From positions 1 to 64,000 of IMG/VR virus record IMGVR_UViG_3300001460_000004: a stretch of 64,000 nucleotides of DNA. One strand, given 5' to 3'. How positions within the stretch are numbered: the stretch's first letter is position 1; every line of letters starts with the position of its first letter. A program made the position numbers and the translations under genes. Under the pieces are notes generated by a model. That model saw only the letters and a program-made list of their open reading frames with translations, was not told where the DNA came from and did not search any database. Positions 27,070 through 36,504 of the stretch are shown here, one piece after another.

Positions 27070-27315
27070 ATGACAGAAGAAACAAAAAATCCAGATGATG
27101 TTACTCTTAACGTTCAAGATTTGACTAACATTAAAACTATTATTGAAATTGCTCAATCTCGCGGTGCATTTGAAGCACAAGAATTAACCACTGTTGGTCA
27201 GACATTTGATAAGTTGACTAACTTTTTAAACGTTGTTGTTGCAGCGGCACAAGTAAAAGCTGACGAGAATAACACTAATGAAGAAGAAACTGTAGGAGAC
27301 CAAAAAGATGATTAA
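27070..27315 (+). CDS. hypothetical phage protein
   Basis: QDL..IIE.AQSRGAF..EL..VG; ATG 5 nt after TAAATA. Confidence 0.7.
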   Translation: MTEETKNPDDVTLNVQDLTNIKTIIEIAQSRGAFEAQELTTVGQTFDKLTNFLNVVVAAAQVKADENNTNEEETVGDQKDD

Positions 27316-28000
27316 ACACGTTGGAAGACACGGTGATCGAAAGGTTGCTATTGTTTTTAGAGAAGTCCCAAATGAAGCTCATATGGCACTAGTAGTTTAT
27401 ACGGAAACAATGGCTGTTGGCATGCATGATCGACTAATGCAAGTTATTGAAACACCAGAAGCACAATCTGCTGAAAGTTTAGCTGATGTAATGAATCGTC
27501 AATTGTTTTCAGATGGACGTAATATGTTACAAACATGCCATGGTGAAGGCATGCTTAAAAAAGTTCAAACAAAAGAAATTACAGTAATTGCTAATTCAAA
27601 AAGTAGCGTTATTCTATCAGAACTTAATAGTATTATTACTGAAATGAAAGCTGGTGAGGATGCTGTTACTCGGCTACAACAGTTAGATAATCAATCAGGA
27701 ATGACTGGTACAGTAGGTCAGCAAGACGACTTTGGTCGTGAAATTGGTGCTCCGGCACTACCGGTTAATAGTGCTGAAATTGCTGGCAGTGATGCTGCAA
27801 AAGCTCAAGCGTTAGACGATGCTAGTATTAGTCATGACTTGCTAGCTCAAAGCAAACGCATGGAAGCTGAAGCCAAGGCACTAATAGCCGAAAGTAAACG
27901 CTTAGCCAAAGATGCTGCTGCAATGAAGCCCAAAGTCGTAAAGACTCGTGCTAAAACTACACGCACTAAAAAGGCTAAAACCACTGATGGAGCTACCTGA
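27308..28000 (+). CDS. hypothetical phage protein with basic C-terminal tail
   Basis: AGGAG RBS; coupled ORF. Confidence 0.7.
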   Translation: MIKHVGRHGDRKVAIVFREVPNEAHMALVVYTETMAVGMHDRLMQVIETPEAQSAESLADVMNRQLFSDGRNMLQTCHGEGMLKKVQTKEITVIANSKSSVILSELNSIITEMKAGEDAVTRLQQLDNQSGMTGTVGQQDDFGREIGAPALPVNSAEIAGSDAAKAQALDDASISHDLLAQSKRMEAEAKALIAESKRLAKDAAAMKPKVVKTRAKTTRTKKAKTTDGAT

Positions 28001-28289
28001 AAATCAAATCGAAAAATGGGAAAAGATTGTTAACAGTGTTGACAAAGAAATTATCCCTGTAGAAGTAATTCGAAAAGTAATTTTTAAACTCACTAACGGT
28101 AAACAAAAAACAATTAATATGGAACGTCTGCGGAAACGTGGCGCTAATATTGATGAGCTATACGAAATCTTAGATACTTTTGTTGCTGATAATGATGTTA
28201 ATATAAAGAATATGGATTTTGTTTTAGACATACCTGCTATAGCTGAGATGCTACAAGAAGAATCAGACGAAATACTCAAAAATATTTAG
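27987..28289 (+). CDS. hypothetical protein
   Basis: Start reassigned to the MELPEN ATG. Confidence 0.65.
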   Translation: MELPENQIEKWEKIVNSVDKEIIPVEVIRKVIFKLTNGKQKTINMERLRKRGANIDELYEILDTFVADNDVNIKNMDFVLDIPAIAEMLQEESDEILKNI

Positions 28290-28297
28290 GAAATCAA

Positions 28298-29308
28298 ATG
28301 AGTGAAGATAGAGACGTTATTCCTACAGTTTTAGTAACAGGTGGATTAGGGTTAATTGGGCATCATGTTGTAAGTCAACTTGAAGAACAAGGCTATGATG
28401 TAGTTGTTACTGACACTAAGACCAACTACAACGGACTTATACCTAATGACGAACTCAACTATTTGATTGGCGAGCGTTCAAAGAAAATAAGAACGCAAGA
28501 AATATACAATGTTGATATTTGCGACTCTGGTCGTATGGAAGCTATTTTTAACAAATATCGTCCCGAAACAATTGTGCATTTAGCAAGTTTTCCAAGACAA
28601 AAAGTAGTAAATGCTAATCCTCAAAGTGGTAGTAGAACTATGAGTGAAGGATTACTTAACTTATTGGAACTTAGTGCCAAGTATAGTAGCAAACGATTTG
28701 TTTACATAAGCAGTAGTATGGTTTATGGTAGTTTTGAAGATGATGTTAAAGAAGATGCCGCAATGAATCCACAAGGACAATACGGTATTATGAAACTAGC
28801 TGGTGAATGGTTAGTTAAAGATTACACACGTAAATGTGGTATTGAGCATGTTATTATTCGCCCAAGTGCAGTTTATGGTCCTTTGGATGTACAAGATCGA
28901 GTTGTAAGTAAGTTTATGATCTCGGCAATGCAAGGCAAAGAGCTTAGTGTAAACGGTAAAAGTGAAACATTAGATTTTACGTATGTAACAGATGCAGCCG
29001 ACGGTGTTGTTGCAGCAGCAACTATTCCGCAAGCAGCCAACAATACATATAACATTACCAAAAGTCATAGTTGGACATTATATGATGCAGCCGAGTTAGC
29101 TGTAAAAATTGCTGGTAACGGAACAATAAATGTAAAAGACAAAGATATGGATTTTCCCAGCCGAGGTGCGTTAAATATTGATTCGGCTAGAGCTGATTTA
29201 GGATTTGACCCTAAAGTTGACTTAGAAGAAGGGTTTGAACGCTACTATGAATGGTTTAAAGATTCCGTTTACTGGTCTGAAAAAGCAGTACCTCAATCTC
29301 AAGACTGA
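28298..29308 (+). CDS. NAD-dependent NDP-sugar epimerase/dehydratase (extended SDR)
   Basis: VTGGLGLIG, SSSMVYG, YGIMK, RPSAVYGP, DFTYV. Confidence 0.93.
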   Translation: MSEDRDVIPTVLVTGGLGLIGHHVVSQLEEQGYDVVVTDTKTNYNGLIPNDELNYLIGERSKKIRTQEIYNVDICDSGRMEAIFNKYRPETIVHLASFPRQKVVNANPQSGSRTMSEGLLNLLELSAKYSSKRFVYISSSMVYGSFEDDVKEDAAMNPQGQYGIMKLAGEWLVKDYTRKCGIEHVIIRPSAVYGPLDVQDRVVSKFMISAMQGKELSVNGKSETLDFTYVTDAADGVVAAATIPQAANNTYNITKSHSWTLYDAAELAVKIAGNGTINVKDKDMDFPSRGALNIDSARADLGFDPKVDLEEGFERYYEWFKDSVYWSEKAVPQSQD

Positions 29309-30347
29309 AATACTCGACACAAGTGACGCTGTGTATCATAGCGGAAAACTGATTGACGGTAATCAAACTATTGAATTTGAAAATTGGCTTGCAAAGAAAA
29401 ATAATGTTCGTTATGCAATCACAATGCATAGCGGTACGCAAGCACTAGAAACTATTGCAAGATTTAATAAGAACAAACTTATTGTTGAAACTCCTCTAGT
29501 ATTACTTCCAACATTTACTTATATTGCAACTGCAAATGCATTTTTAACCGCTGGTTGGAAAGTTCAATTTGCTGATTGCAACAGCCACGGCGTGAGTACA
29601 TATACCAAAAATGAAATTGATGAAAGCATTGATGCCGCTGTATTGGTTGGAATTTTTGGCAAACAAGTCAACGATCCTTGGGAAGAACGTATACACAATA
29701 AAAATTGGAAACTTTCCAATACTGAATTAATAGAAGATGGTGCACAACATTGGTTATCAGCTGGATGTAAACGAGTTGCTGATACTGCTATTAGTTTTGA
29801 TCCAATGAAAAACTTTAACAGTTATGGCAACGGTGGTGCAGTTGTAACAAATGATATTGAATTGTACAACTTTTCTAATCACTTTCGTACAAACGGGAAA
29901 GACTGGCAACAAAGTTCACAGTACGGAACCAACAGTCGTATGAGTGAAATTGATTGTGCTCAAATGTTAGTAAAGAGTCGTTACATTGACAAATGGCAAA
30001 CTAAACGTCAAGAAATAGCAGAATATTGGATTGAAAGATTTACTGAAGCCCGGATTGAATGTCTAATAACACGAAGTGAATTAAAAAATCACGCTATAAG
30101 TAAATTTGTTATTAATATTGAAAATAGAAATGAAATAAAACGTAAATTGGATACAAGGCAAATAGAAACAAAGATACATTACCAAACACCTTTACACGAA
30201 AGATTTCCAGAGTTTAAAGGTCCTAAAGGAATGTGTACAGCAGGTGCGTTAGCTAGACATACGTTATCATTACCAATGTATCCAGAACTTACTGATCTTG
30301 AAGTTGAGTATATTGCTGATCAAGTAATTTCTTGTGTAGCCGGGTAA
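29247..30347 (+). CDS. DegT/DnrJ/EryC1/StrS PLP-dependent sugar aminotransferase
   Basis: SGTQAL, TYIAT, EDGAQ, SFDPMKN (catalytic Lys), LSLPMYP. Confidence 0.92.
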   Translation: MNGLKIPFTGLKKQYLNLKTEILDTSDAVYHSGKLIDGNQTIEFENWLAKKNNVRYAITMHSGTQALETIARFNKNKLIVETPLVLLPTFTYIATANAFLTAGWKVQFADCNSHGVSTYTKNEIDESIDAAVLVGIFGKQVNDPWEERIHNKNWKLSNTELIEDGAQHWLSAGCKRVADTAISFDPMKNFNSYGNGGAVVTNDIELYNFSNHFRTNGKDWQQSSQYGTNSRMSEIDCAQMLVKSRYIDKWQTKRQEIAEYWIERFTEARIECLITRSELKNHAISKFVINIENRNEIKRKLDTRQIETKIHYQTPLHERFPEFKGPKGMCTAGALARHTLSLPMYPELTDLEVEYIADQVISCVAG

Positions 30348-32106
30348 AGTGTTGTTTTAGCCAAGCCCAATCATAACTTTTCTTTAAATCTTCAAAATTT
30401 CCATCAACACTTGTATAAAATTCTTGTGCATTGTTTGCTCCTATTGCACTCCAGTCATGATTGCCGGTTGCTGTTAACCAACATTTTAAACGATATTGAT
30501 TTTCAATAGTTGTATTGTCATCTAGTAATTTTAATGTTTCTCTAAATGCAGTTCTCCAGGCCATCCAAGGATCAACTGCATAATGTGCAGTTCCACTTAA
30601 TATTGGGACTACTTCATGTAAATTATCTAATGTAAAGTCTAATCCATGCCCATTATTTGCAAGAACCAGTTCTTTATTGTATGCAATCATTGCCATGTGT
30701 CCATATTCTAATCCATTGATTGGATTGCGAGCATGAAATATATAGTGCTTGGGAGATTGTAAAAAGTCTGGTTGCCATTGCCAATTAAAATTAGATTCAA
30801 CTTCTAACTTAGCAAACACTGCAAAGAACCAAGGAGTGTTACTAGCTTTGGCTGCAGCATGGTAAGCGGCTACACGTCCATTAACACCGTCTATACGCAT
30901 AACTCGGTTGCTACAGGCGCTTGTACTGCGTTGTAGGGCATTATAATTTGCTTCTGCATTTGTTTCCCCGTTGCTAATAAAAACAATGTCTAAAGGTGTA
31001 TCTGTATAATTTTTAAAAGTTAAGTCTACATAAGGATAGTCGTATAATTGTGCAATAGTTCCAGCAACTGCATCTTTAGGTATTAGTGTTGTACTGCCAC
31101 TTGAAGTTAATGGAACAACAGCTCTAGTTTTTGATCTCCACAGTGGCATTGTAGGCACAGGAGGTAAATTAATTGTATGTTGGGTAGTAAACAACGCATA
31201 ATGCCCGGGCCATGCATGCTTTGCAATTTCATTTACGTGACTGTTGCTGTTGTGTTTTATAATATTTGGCACAGTACGAGGCACAATAATATCATCAACA
31301 AAGTTTAAATCGTACCATTCAAGCAATTCAAACTCTTGTATCTTATTTGTAAATGTTGGTACATGCATAAAAAAAGTGTCGCCAAACTTTTGTTCATTAC
31401 TAGCAAATACATGCAACATTTGATTTTGCCATGTTTCGGGATGCCAACTAAAATCAAAGCTACTGTAATCACAGCAATCACTGGTAATCCAAATATACTC
31501 TTTGTTACTATAATAGTTTGCAATGCGTTTTAGTGTACCTAAATAAGTGTCAAAAAATCTAAACGTTTTATCTATGTTTGTACAAGATGGTGCATTCGTG
31601 TGTGCAATGCTACAACGTATATCAGCAACGGCAACAGCTAGGCTATTACTTTGACTAACATACTTGTCATCCTTAGCACCAGGCATTGCATATATTGGTC
31701 CGCCTGTTTTTTGCCATTGAGTTCCAAACTTATATAAAAAAGCTGGACTGCTATAATCAGGATGCCAAGTGTAGTCAAAATCTTTAACTGTGCCTGTGTT
31801 GTCCCACAATGTCATATCAGTGTATGTGCGTAGCTGTGTGTTGTGGTAATGGGTATCCGTGTAGCCTTGTTTGGGTATTAGGTATGTTCCACTGTCTTTC
31901 TGCCACACACTGCCAAACGCATGTCTTTGTGTTGATTCCCATGGTTTTGGTTCATAAAGAAAATCATGCTGTTTGTAGTCAACTAAGTAATTGAGTATCC
32001 AAAAATACCTAGTGCGGGACAATGTTTGAGCATGAAGTATACTTTCAACACACATTTCGTGAGGCAATACCCCAGGTGCTTTTCCTATATAGAATACATC
32101 ATACAT
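30289..32106 (-). CDS. multi-module GT-A-like protein (paralog of 49903-50826)
   Basis: RIDGVNG..AYHAAA, NPINGLEYG and AWRTAFRE are shared with 49903-50826; repeated F.W.P..W modules. Confidence 0.6.
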   Translation of the reverse strand: MYDVFYIGKAPGVLPHEMCVESILHAQTLSRTRYFWILNYLVDYKQHDFLYEPKPWESTQRHAFGSVWQKDSGTYLIPKQGYTDTHYHNTQLRTYTDMTLWDNTGTVKDFDYTWHPDYSSPAFLYKFGTQWQKTGGPIYAMPGAKDDKYVSQSNSLAVAVADIRCSIAHTNAPSCTNIDKTFRFFDTYLGTLKRIANYYSNKEYIWITSDCCDYSSFDFSWHPETWQNQMLHVFASNEQKFGDTFFMHVPTFTNKIQEFELLEWYDLNFVDDIIVPRTVPNIIKHNSNSHVNEIAKHAWPGHYALFTTQHTINLPPVPTMPLWRSKTRAVVPLTSSGSTTLIPKDAVAGTIAQLYDYPYVDLTFKNYTDTPLDIVFISNGETNAEANYNALQRSTSACSNRVMRIDGVNGRVAAYHAAAKASNTPWFFAVFAKLEVESNFNWQWQPDFLQSPKHYIFHARNPINGLEYGHMAMIAYNKELVLANNGHGLDFTLDNLHEVVPILSGTAHYAVDPWMAWRTAFRETLKLLDDNTTIENQYRLKCWLTATGNHDWSAIGANNAQEFYTSVDGNFEDLKKSYDWAWLKQHFTRLHKKLLDQQYTQLQDQ

Positions 32107-33220
32107 GATTAGAATCGACGAAATTTATAATAATATATTCTGGCCTTTTATTGATAAAAATATTCGAAATACTCGAATGTTTTATTGTGATCCACCTGGT
32201 ACAACTCGTCCTGAAAATTTGTTTAATTATGGAAATGAAAGTATTGAGGACAAGTATATAATTTTTCATGATCAAGAACCAATACATTTGGATGTTCATT
32301 ACGACTTGTTTACAACAATTGATGCTAGTGTACAAGACTTGTGTGAAGGTAGTGGGGCACTGTTTAGCGGTTTGGTTAGCAGTGAGTTTCGAAGCGAGGC
32401 GGCTAAAAAAGTTTGTGATTTTTACGAACTTAATCATTACTATTATTTTTTCCATGGGTGGGCGGCGCTTGATTGGTACAGAGGGTATGATAAAACTTTT
32501 TTAATAAGTGCTCCAGAAGATCGCAAATTAAAATACAGCATGATAAACCCTAATCGAATTATAGGTGGTAAACGTGATCATCGTGTAATACTATTTTACA
32601 TGATGAACCAGCTAGGTGTCAAGAACTCATTGACGTCATTTCCACAAATTTGTCCGGAAGAGCAGTCTAATATACTAACAATTGCTCAACGCTTTAGTAA
32701 AAGATATCCTGACATCGTTAATATACTTAGCGAGCAAAATTTACCATTAGATTTTCCCAACGAATCCGGTCACCCTATGCACAGTTGTTGGTTAAGTTTA
32801 TTTGACTTGTGTGAACAAAGTTTGCTGCATGTTGTTACTGAAACAGTATTTTTTGGAAAACGCAATCATCTAACTGAAAAAACATTCAAACCTATATGTC
32901 TTAAAATGCCATTTGTACTAGCAAGCTCGGCTAACAGTCTAGATTATTTGCATCGATATGGATTTAAAACATTTAGTTCTATATGGGATGAAAGTTATGA
33001 TGACGAACAAGACGATTTTGTCAGATTAGAAAAAATTGCAAAATTACTTAAAGATATTGACAACCTAAGTCTTAAAGAACAAAATCAATTACACAAGCAT
33101 GCTATTCCAATTGTAGAGCACAACTTCAATTATTTTTATGGAGGTGAATTTGAACGTGTATTATGGGATGAGCTCAGTCGAATGTTACAACGTATGGAAA
33201 ACAATTTTTTATTTAAATGA
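32105..33220 (+). CDS. putative glycosyltransferase (GT-B/GT10-like)
   Basis: VVTETVF..LTEKTFKPI..PF..GFKTF..DESYD. Confidence 0.6.
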   Translation: MIRIDEIYNNIFWPFIDKNIRNTRMFYCDPPGTTRPENLFNYGNESIEDKYIIFHDQEPIHLDVHYDLFTTIDASVQDLCEGSGALFSGLVSSEFRSEAAKKVCDFYELNHYYYFFHGWAALDWYRGYDKTFLISAPEDRKLKYSMINPNRIIGGKRDHRVILFYMMNQLGVKNSLTSFPQICPEEQSNILTIAQRFSKRYPDIVNILSEQNLPLDFPNESGHPMHSCWLSLFDLCEQSLLHVVTETVFFGKRNHLTEKTFKPICLKMPFVLASSANSLDYLHRYGFKTFSSIWDESYDDEQDDFVRLEKIAKLLKDIDNLSLKEQNQLHKHAIPIVEHNFNYFYGGEFERVLWDELSRMLQRMENNFLFK

Positions 33221-34374
33221 TATTTGTTTATGATAATTTAGATCCTGTAACAGGAAAACCTATACCAAACTTAGCAGATCCTAATGCTAAAAACTGGGAC
33301 CAATCGTGGCCACGTGTTGTGAATTTAAGATTGTTAGAGTTTTTTGATCGTGCAGGATTACAATACAGTGTTACTGACACAAACAGCACAGGATGGTATC
33401 CTATAGCATTTAGTTGGTTTGATTTTGAAATTGATTATATTAAATTAATTCCAAAAGCAGTATTTGAACACATCCAAAACAATCGTATACAACTATTATT
33501 TTATTATCACGAAGGAGATAATCCTAAACTGATTAGTAAACGTATTGATGATTTATGCAAACAATGGAACTTGCCAGATAGTTGGCGGTTTATTAGTGCA
33601 AATACTAATGTAAGTACAGTTAAGAATGGTGTTTATTTTAATGACCATGTAAACTTTTTTGCTAGAATAAACAGACATCAAATTTTTACGCCAGATGTAT
33701 ATACAAAAGTATATACATTTACTTTGCTTAATCGTCATCATAAAAATTGGAGAGGTACTATTACTAGCCAGTTGTGGGGCAAAGGATTATTGATTGATGC
33801 ACTGTACAGTTATAATACTGCAAAAGATGTAATTGAACCTACTGATCATTTGGATAATCCAATATCACTAAGTGATCTAGACAATGGTATTGATTGGTAT
33901 AATACATTTAAATTTGAACAACCCATGTATGCTGACAACAACAATAGTGACTTACACAATAATCATTCACAAGTAAATCAATTTCTTTATACTAACAGCT
34001 ATTTTCAAGTTGTAATGGAAACTCATTTTGATAACGATGGCAGCAATGGTGTATTTTTAACTGAAAAAACTTATAAATGTATAAAGTATCAACAGCCGTT
34101 TGTAATTGCTAGCGGTGCATACAGTGTTGCACATTTACGTGATGAGGGCTACAATGTGTACGATGATGTTATTGATCATAGTTATGATAAAATCAAAGAT
34201 AATACACAAAGATGTATAGCACTAATAAATGAAATTCAAAGATTATCTAATATAGTGGGTCCATTATGGACAGCTCAAACAATGCGTACAAGCGAATACA
34301 ATGCATATAAATTTACCCAAGCATGTATTGAATCAGTAAATAATGTTTATAAGGAGTTATTATGTCAAAAATAA
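33217..34374 (+). CDS. putative glycosyltransferase (GT-B/GT10-like)
   Basis: VVMETHF..FLTEKTYK.I..PF..DHSYD. Confidence 0.6.
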   Translation: MIFVYDNLDPVTGKPIPNLADPNAKNWDQSWPRVVNLRLLEFFDRAGLQYSVTDTNSTGWYPIAFSWFDFEIDYIKLIPKAVFEHIQNNRIQLLFYYHEGDNPKLISKRIDDLCKQWNLPDSWRFISANTNVSTVKNGVYFNDHVNFFARINRHQIFTPDVYTKVYTFTLLNRHHKNWRGTITSQLWGKGLLIDALYSYNTAKDVIEPTDHLDNPISLSDLDNGIDWYNTFKFEQPMYADNNNSDLHNNHSQVNQFLYTNSYFQVVMETHFDNDGSNGVFLTEKTYKCIKYQQPFVIASGAYSVAHLRDEGYNVYDDVIDHSYDKIKDNTQRCIALINEIQRLSNIVGPLWTAQTMRTSEYNAYKFTQACIESVNNVYKELLCQK

Positions 34375-35399
34375 AAGCCTACACCAGTTGGCAACCACTT
34401 GAAGAAGTAATTGTTGGAAGTGTTTATACTCCTGATTACTTTGATTTTATTGAAGATGCAAACACACGAGATCAACTTGGGCAAATATTACATGAAACCA
34501 ATGAAGATCTTAATAATCTACAAAAATTAATAGAAGAATACGGTGCCCGGGTAATGCGTCCAAACTTACCCAATAAAGATCAATTTCAACTACAGCAAGT
34601 AAACAATACTGGAGTTACTCCTCCTCCATTAACTCCAAGAGATTGGCAAATTGTGTTAGGTGAAAAATTATTACGTATATTACCTATACCTGAAACAGAT
34701 GATATTTGCAATGATGTTAATCAACAATACCCAGGGAGTGTAATTGATGTACACAAAGGAAAATGGATTGACAATCATCCAATGATTAATGCCGCAGCAA
34801 GTTGTATTGTAAGATGTGGCACTGATATATTTTTTGATAACAGTGATTTCATGCAACCACATCAAGTTGAATGGATTAAAGAAAATGTATTAGATGATCG
34901 GTTTACAGTACGACAAGCAAAAACAGACGGGCACGGGGATAGTGTATTTGCTATACTCAAACCAGGTGTTATTCTCAGTAGCTTACACGATGCTGAGATA
35001 AACTATAAAGAGAGTTTTCCAGGCTGGGAAGTACATAAGATTTGGGATAGTACCATAATGGCAGCAATGGAAATAGGAAAATTTACATACGAAAACTGGG
35101 ACGGGCGTTGGTATGTACACAACCAAAATCCAACTGATAAATTTAAAACTTTTGTTGATACATACTTGACAGAATGGACAGGTTTTGTTAAAGAAACAGT
35201 GTTTGATGTAAATTGTTTAGTACTAGATGAACAAAACGTTGTGTTTAGTAGTTATAACAGTCCAGTGTTTAAGTTTTGTGAATCTCACGGTATTACACCT
35301 ATTATATGCGAGCAAAGACACAAATACTTCTTTGATAGTGGGATAAGTTGTGCTACACAAGATCTCAAACGCAAAGGCGAATTAGAAAGTTATTTTTGA
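34362..35399 (+). CDS. amidinotransferase (glycine/inosamine-phosphate type)
   Basis: WQPLEEVIVG, PRD, GHGD, DSGISCAT; catalytic His and Cys present. Confidence 0.85.
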   Translation: MSKIKAYTSWQPLEEVIVGSVYTPDYFDFIEDANTRDQLGQILHETNEDLNNLQKLIEEYGARVMRPNLPNKDQFQLQQVNNTGVTPPPLTPRDWQIVLGEKLLRILPIPETDDICNDVNQQYPGSVIDVHKGKWIDNHPMINAAASCIVRCGTDIFFDNSDFMQPHQVEWIKENVLDDRFTVRQAKTDGHGDSVFAILKPGVILSSLHDAEINYKESFPGWEVHKIWDSTIMAAMEIGKFTYENWDGRWYVHNQNPTDKFKTFVDTYLTEWTGFVKETVFDVNCLVLDEQNVVFSSYNSPVFKFCESHGITPIICEQRHKYFFDSGISCATQDLKRKGELESYF

Positions 35400-36223
35400 T
35401 CTTGAAGCCATTGCTTTGCAATGCGATTATAATTTTTATTGTCTAAAAATGATTTAATTTCTTTTCGTACTACATCAAAGTTTTTTGCACGATCAGGATC
35501 TTCAAGCCCACCACTGTTGTCAACAACATGAAAGTCTTTAGCACCAAAGACTTGTTGGAATTGCATAATATTTTGCTGTACTTTTTCCCACATAGATGTT
35601 ACGTTTTTGCTGGGTATCTGTCGTGGTCTCATTTTATTACGTTGTTGTGCAATATTTAAACTAGTGTTAACAAACAACATCATAGTATCGTACCCTAATT
35701 CTTTAAGAGCATCTGAGTCTTGTTTTACTTTGGCTACATCTTTACCTGTGCCATCAATAATAACACCTAACCGTCCTTCTAAATAACCACCTTTACGCAT
35801 GCCAGTGAGNTTTTTAGCACGATCTCTAACATCTTGTCCTTGTTTACTATAAACAACATCGGGATCTGACAAATCTAAGTTATTTTTCTTTGCCAAGTAT
35901 TCGTATATGTCATCGCTGTTGATTGTTTTTAAACCAGTTCCTGTTAATAACTTGCCACTGACAAAACTTTTACCACTGCCAGGTCCGCCTGCAAGAAATA
36001 TTGCTTTAAAAATGTCAGGATCGTTAGGACCTTCGGTTACTTTTTGTGCTAGTTTATCTCCCATTCGATCAATAAATTTTTTAACTTTGTATGCACCTTT
36101 AGCAGTTTTAAGCATACCTTTAACTGCGGCCACACTTACTTTGGCAGCCGCTGCAACTGCTACTATAGTGGCTGCATCAGGTATAGTACCTAAATCTTCA
36201 TTTGTAAATTCTGTGCTACGCAT
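35390..36223 (-). CDS. zeta-toxin/AAA_33-like P-loop kinase with putative capsid-targeting leader
   Basis: AGGPGSGKS, INSDD, IIDGTG, RN..R.R; N-terminus MRSTEFTNE. Confidence 0.75.
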   Translation of the reverse strand: MRSTEFTNEDLGTIPDAATIVAVAAAAKVSVAAVKGMLKTAKGAYKVKKFIDRMGDKLAQKVTEGPNDPDIFKAIFLAGGPGSGKSFVSGKLLTGTGLKTINSDDIYEYLAKKNNLDLSDPDVVYSKQGQDVRDRAKXLTGMRKGGYLEGRLGVIIDGTGKDVAKVKQDSDALKELGYDTMMLFVNTSLNIAQQRNKMRPRQIPSKNVTSMWEKVQQNIMQFQQVFGAKDFHVVDNSGGLEDPDRAKNFDVVRKEIKSFLDNKNYNRIAKQWLQDQK

Positions 36224-36235
36224 TAGTATTTTCTT

Positions 36236-36478
36236 TTAGTCCATGTCTACGACCCACTCGTTACCTCGCCATTCAGCAGTAACGGGATCTCCAAGATTGA
36301 TATCTTTAATTCGTACTTTAAGAATTGGAGCCATTCGATGATCTAGCTCATGTCCAATTATATGAGCTTCTTTATACCCTAGGTCAGATCCGTAACCACT
36401 ATTGACTACTTTAATCTTCATAGATTCTGAACCTTCATTAAGGCCTGCATTTCGTTTGAGTACCTCTAAGTCTGACAT
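36236..36478 (-). CDS. small late protein, possible internal head protein
   Basis: LKRNAGLNE leader; TAAATA at 36507-36502; AAGGA RBS. Confidence 0.6.
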   Translation of the reverse strand: MSDLEVLKRNAGLNEGSESMKIKVVNSGYGSDLGYKEAHIIGHELDHRMAPILKVRIKDINLGDPVTAEWRGNEWVVDMD

Positions 36479-36504
36479 TGTTATTTCCTTTGTTAATATA
36501 TTAT

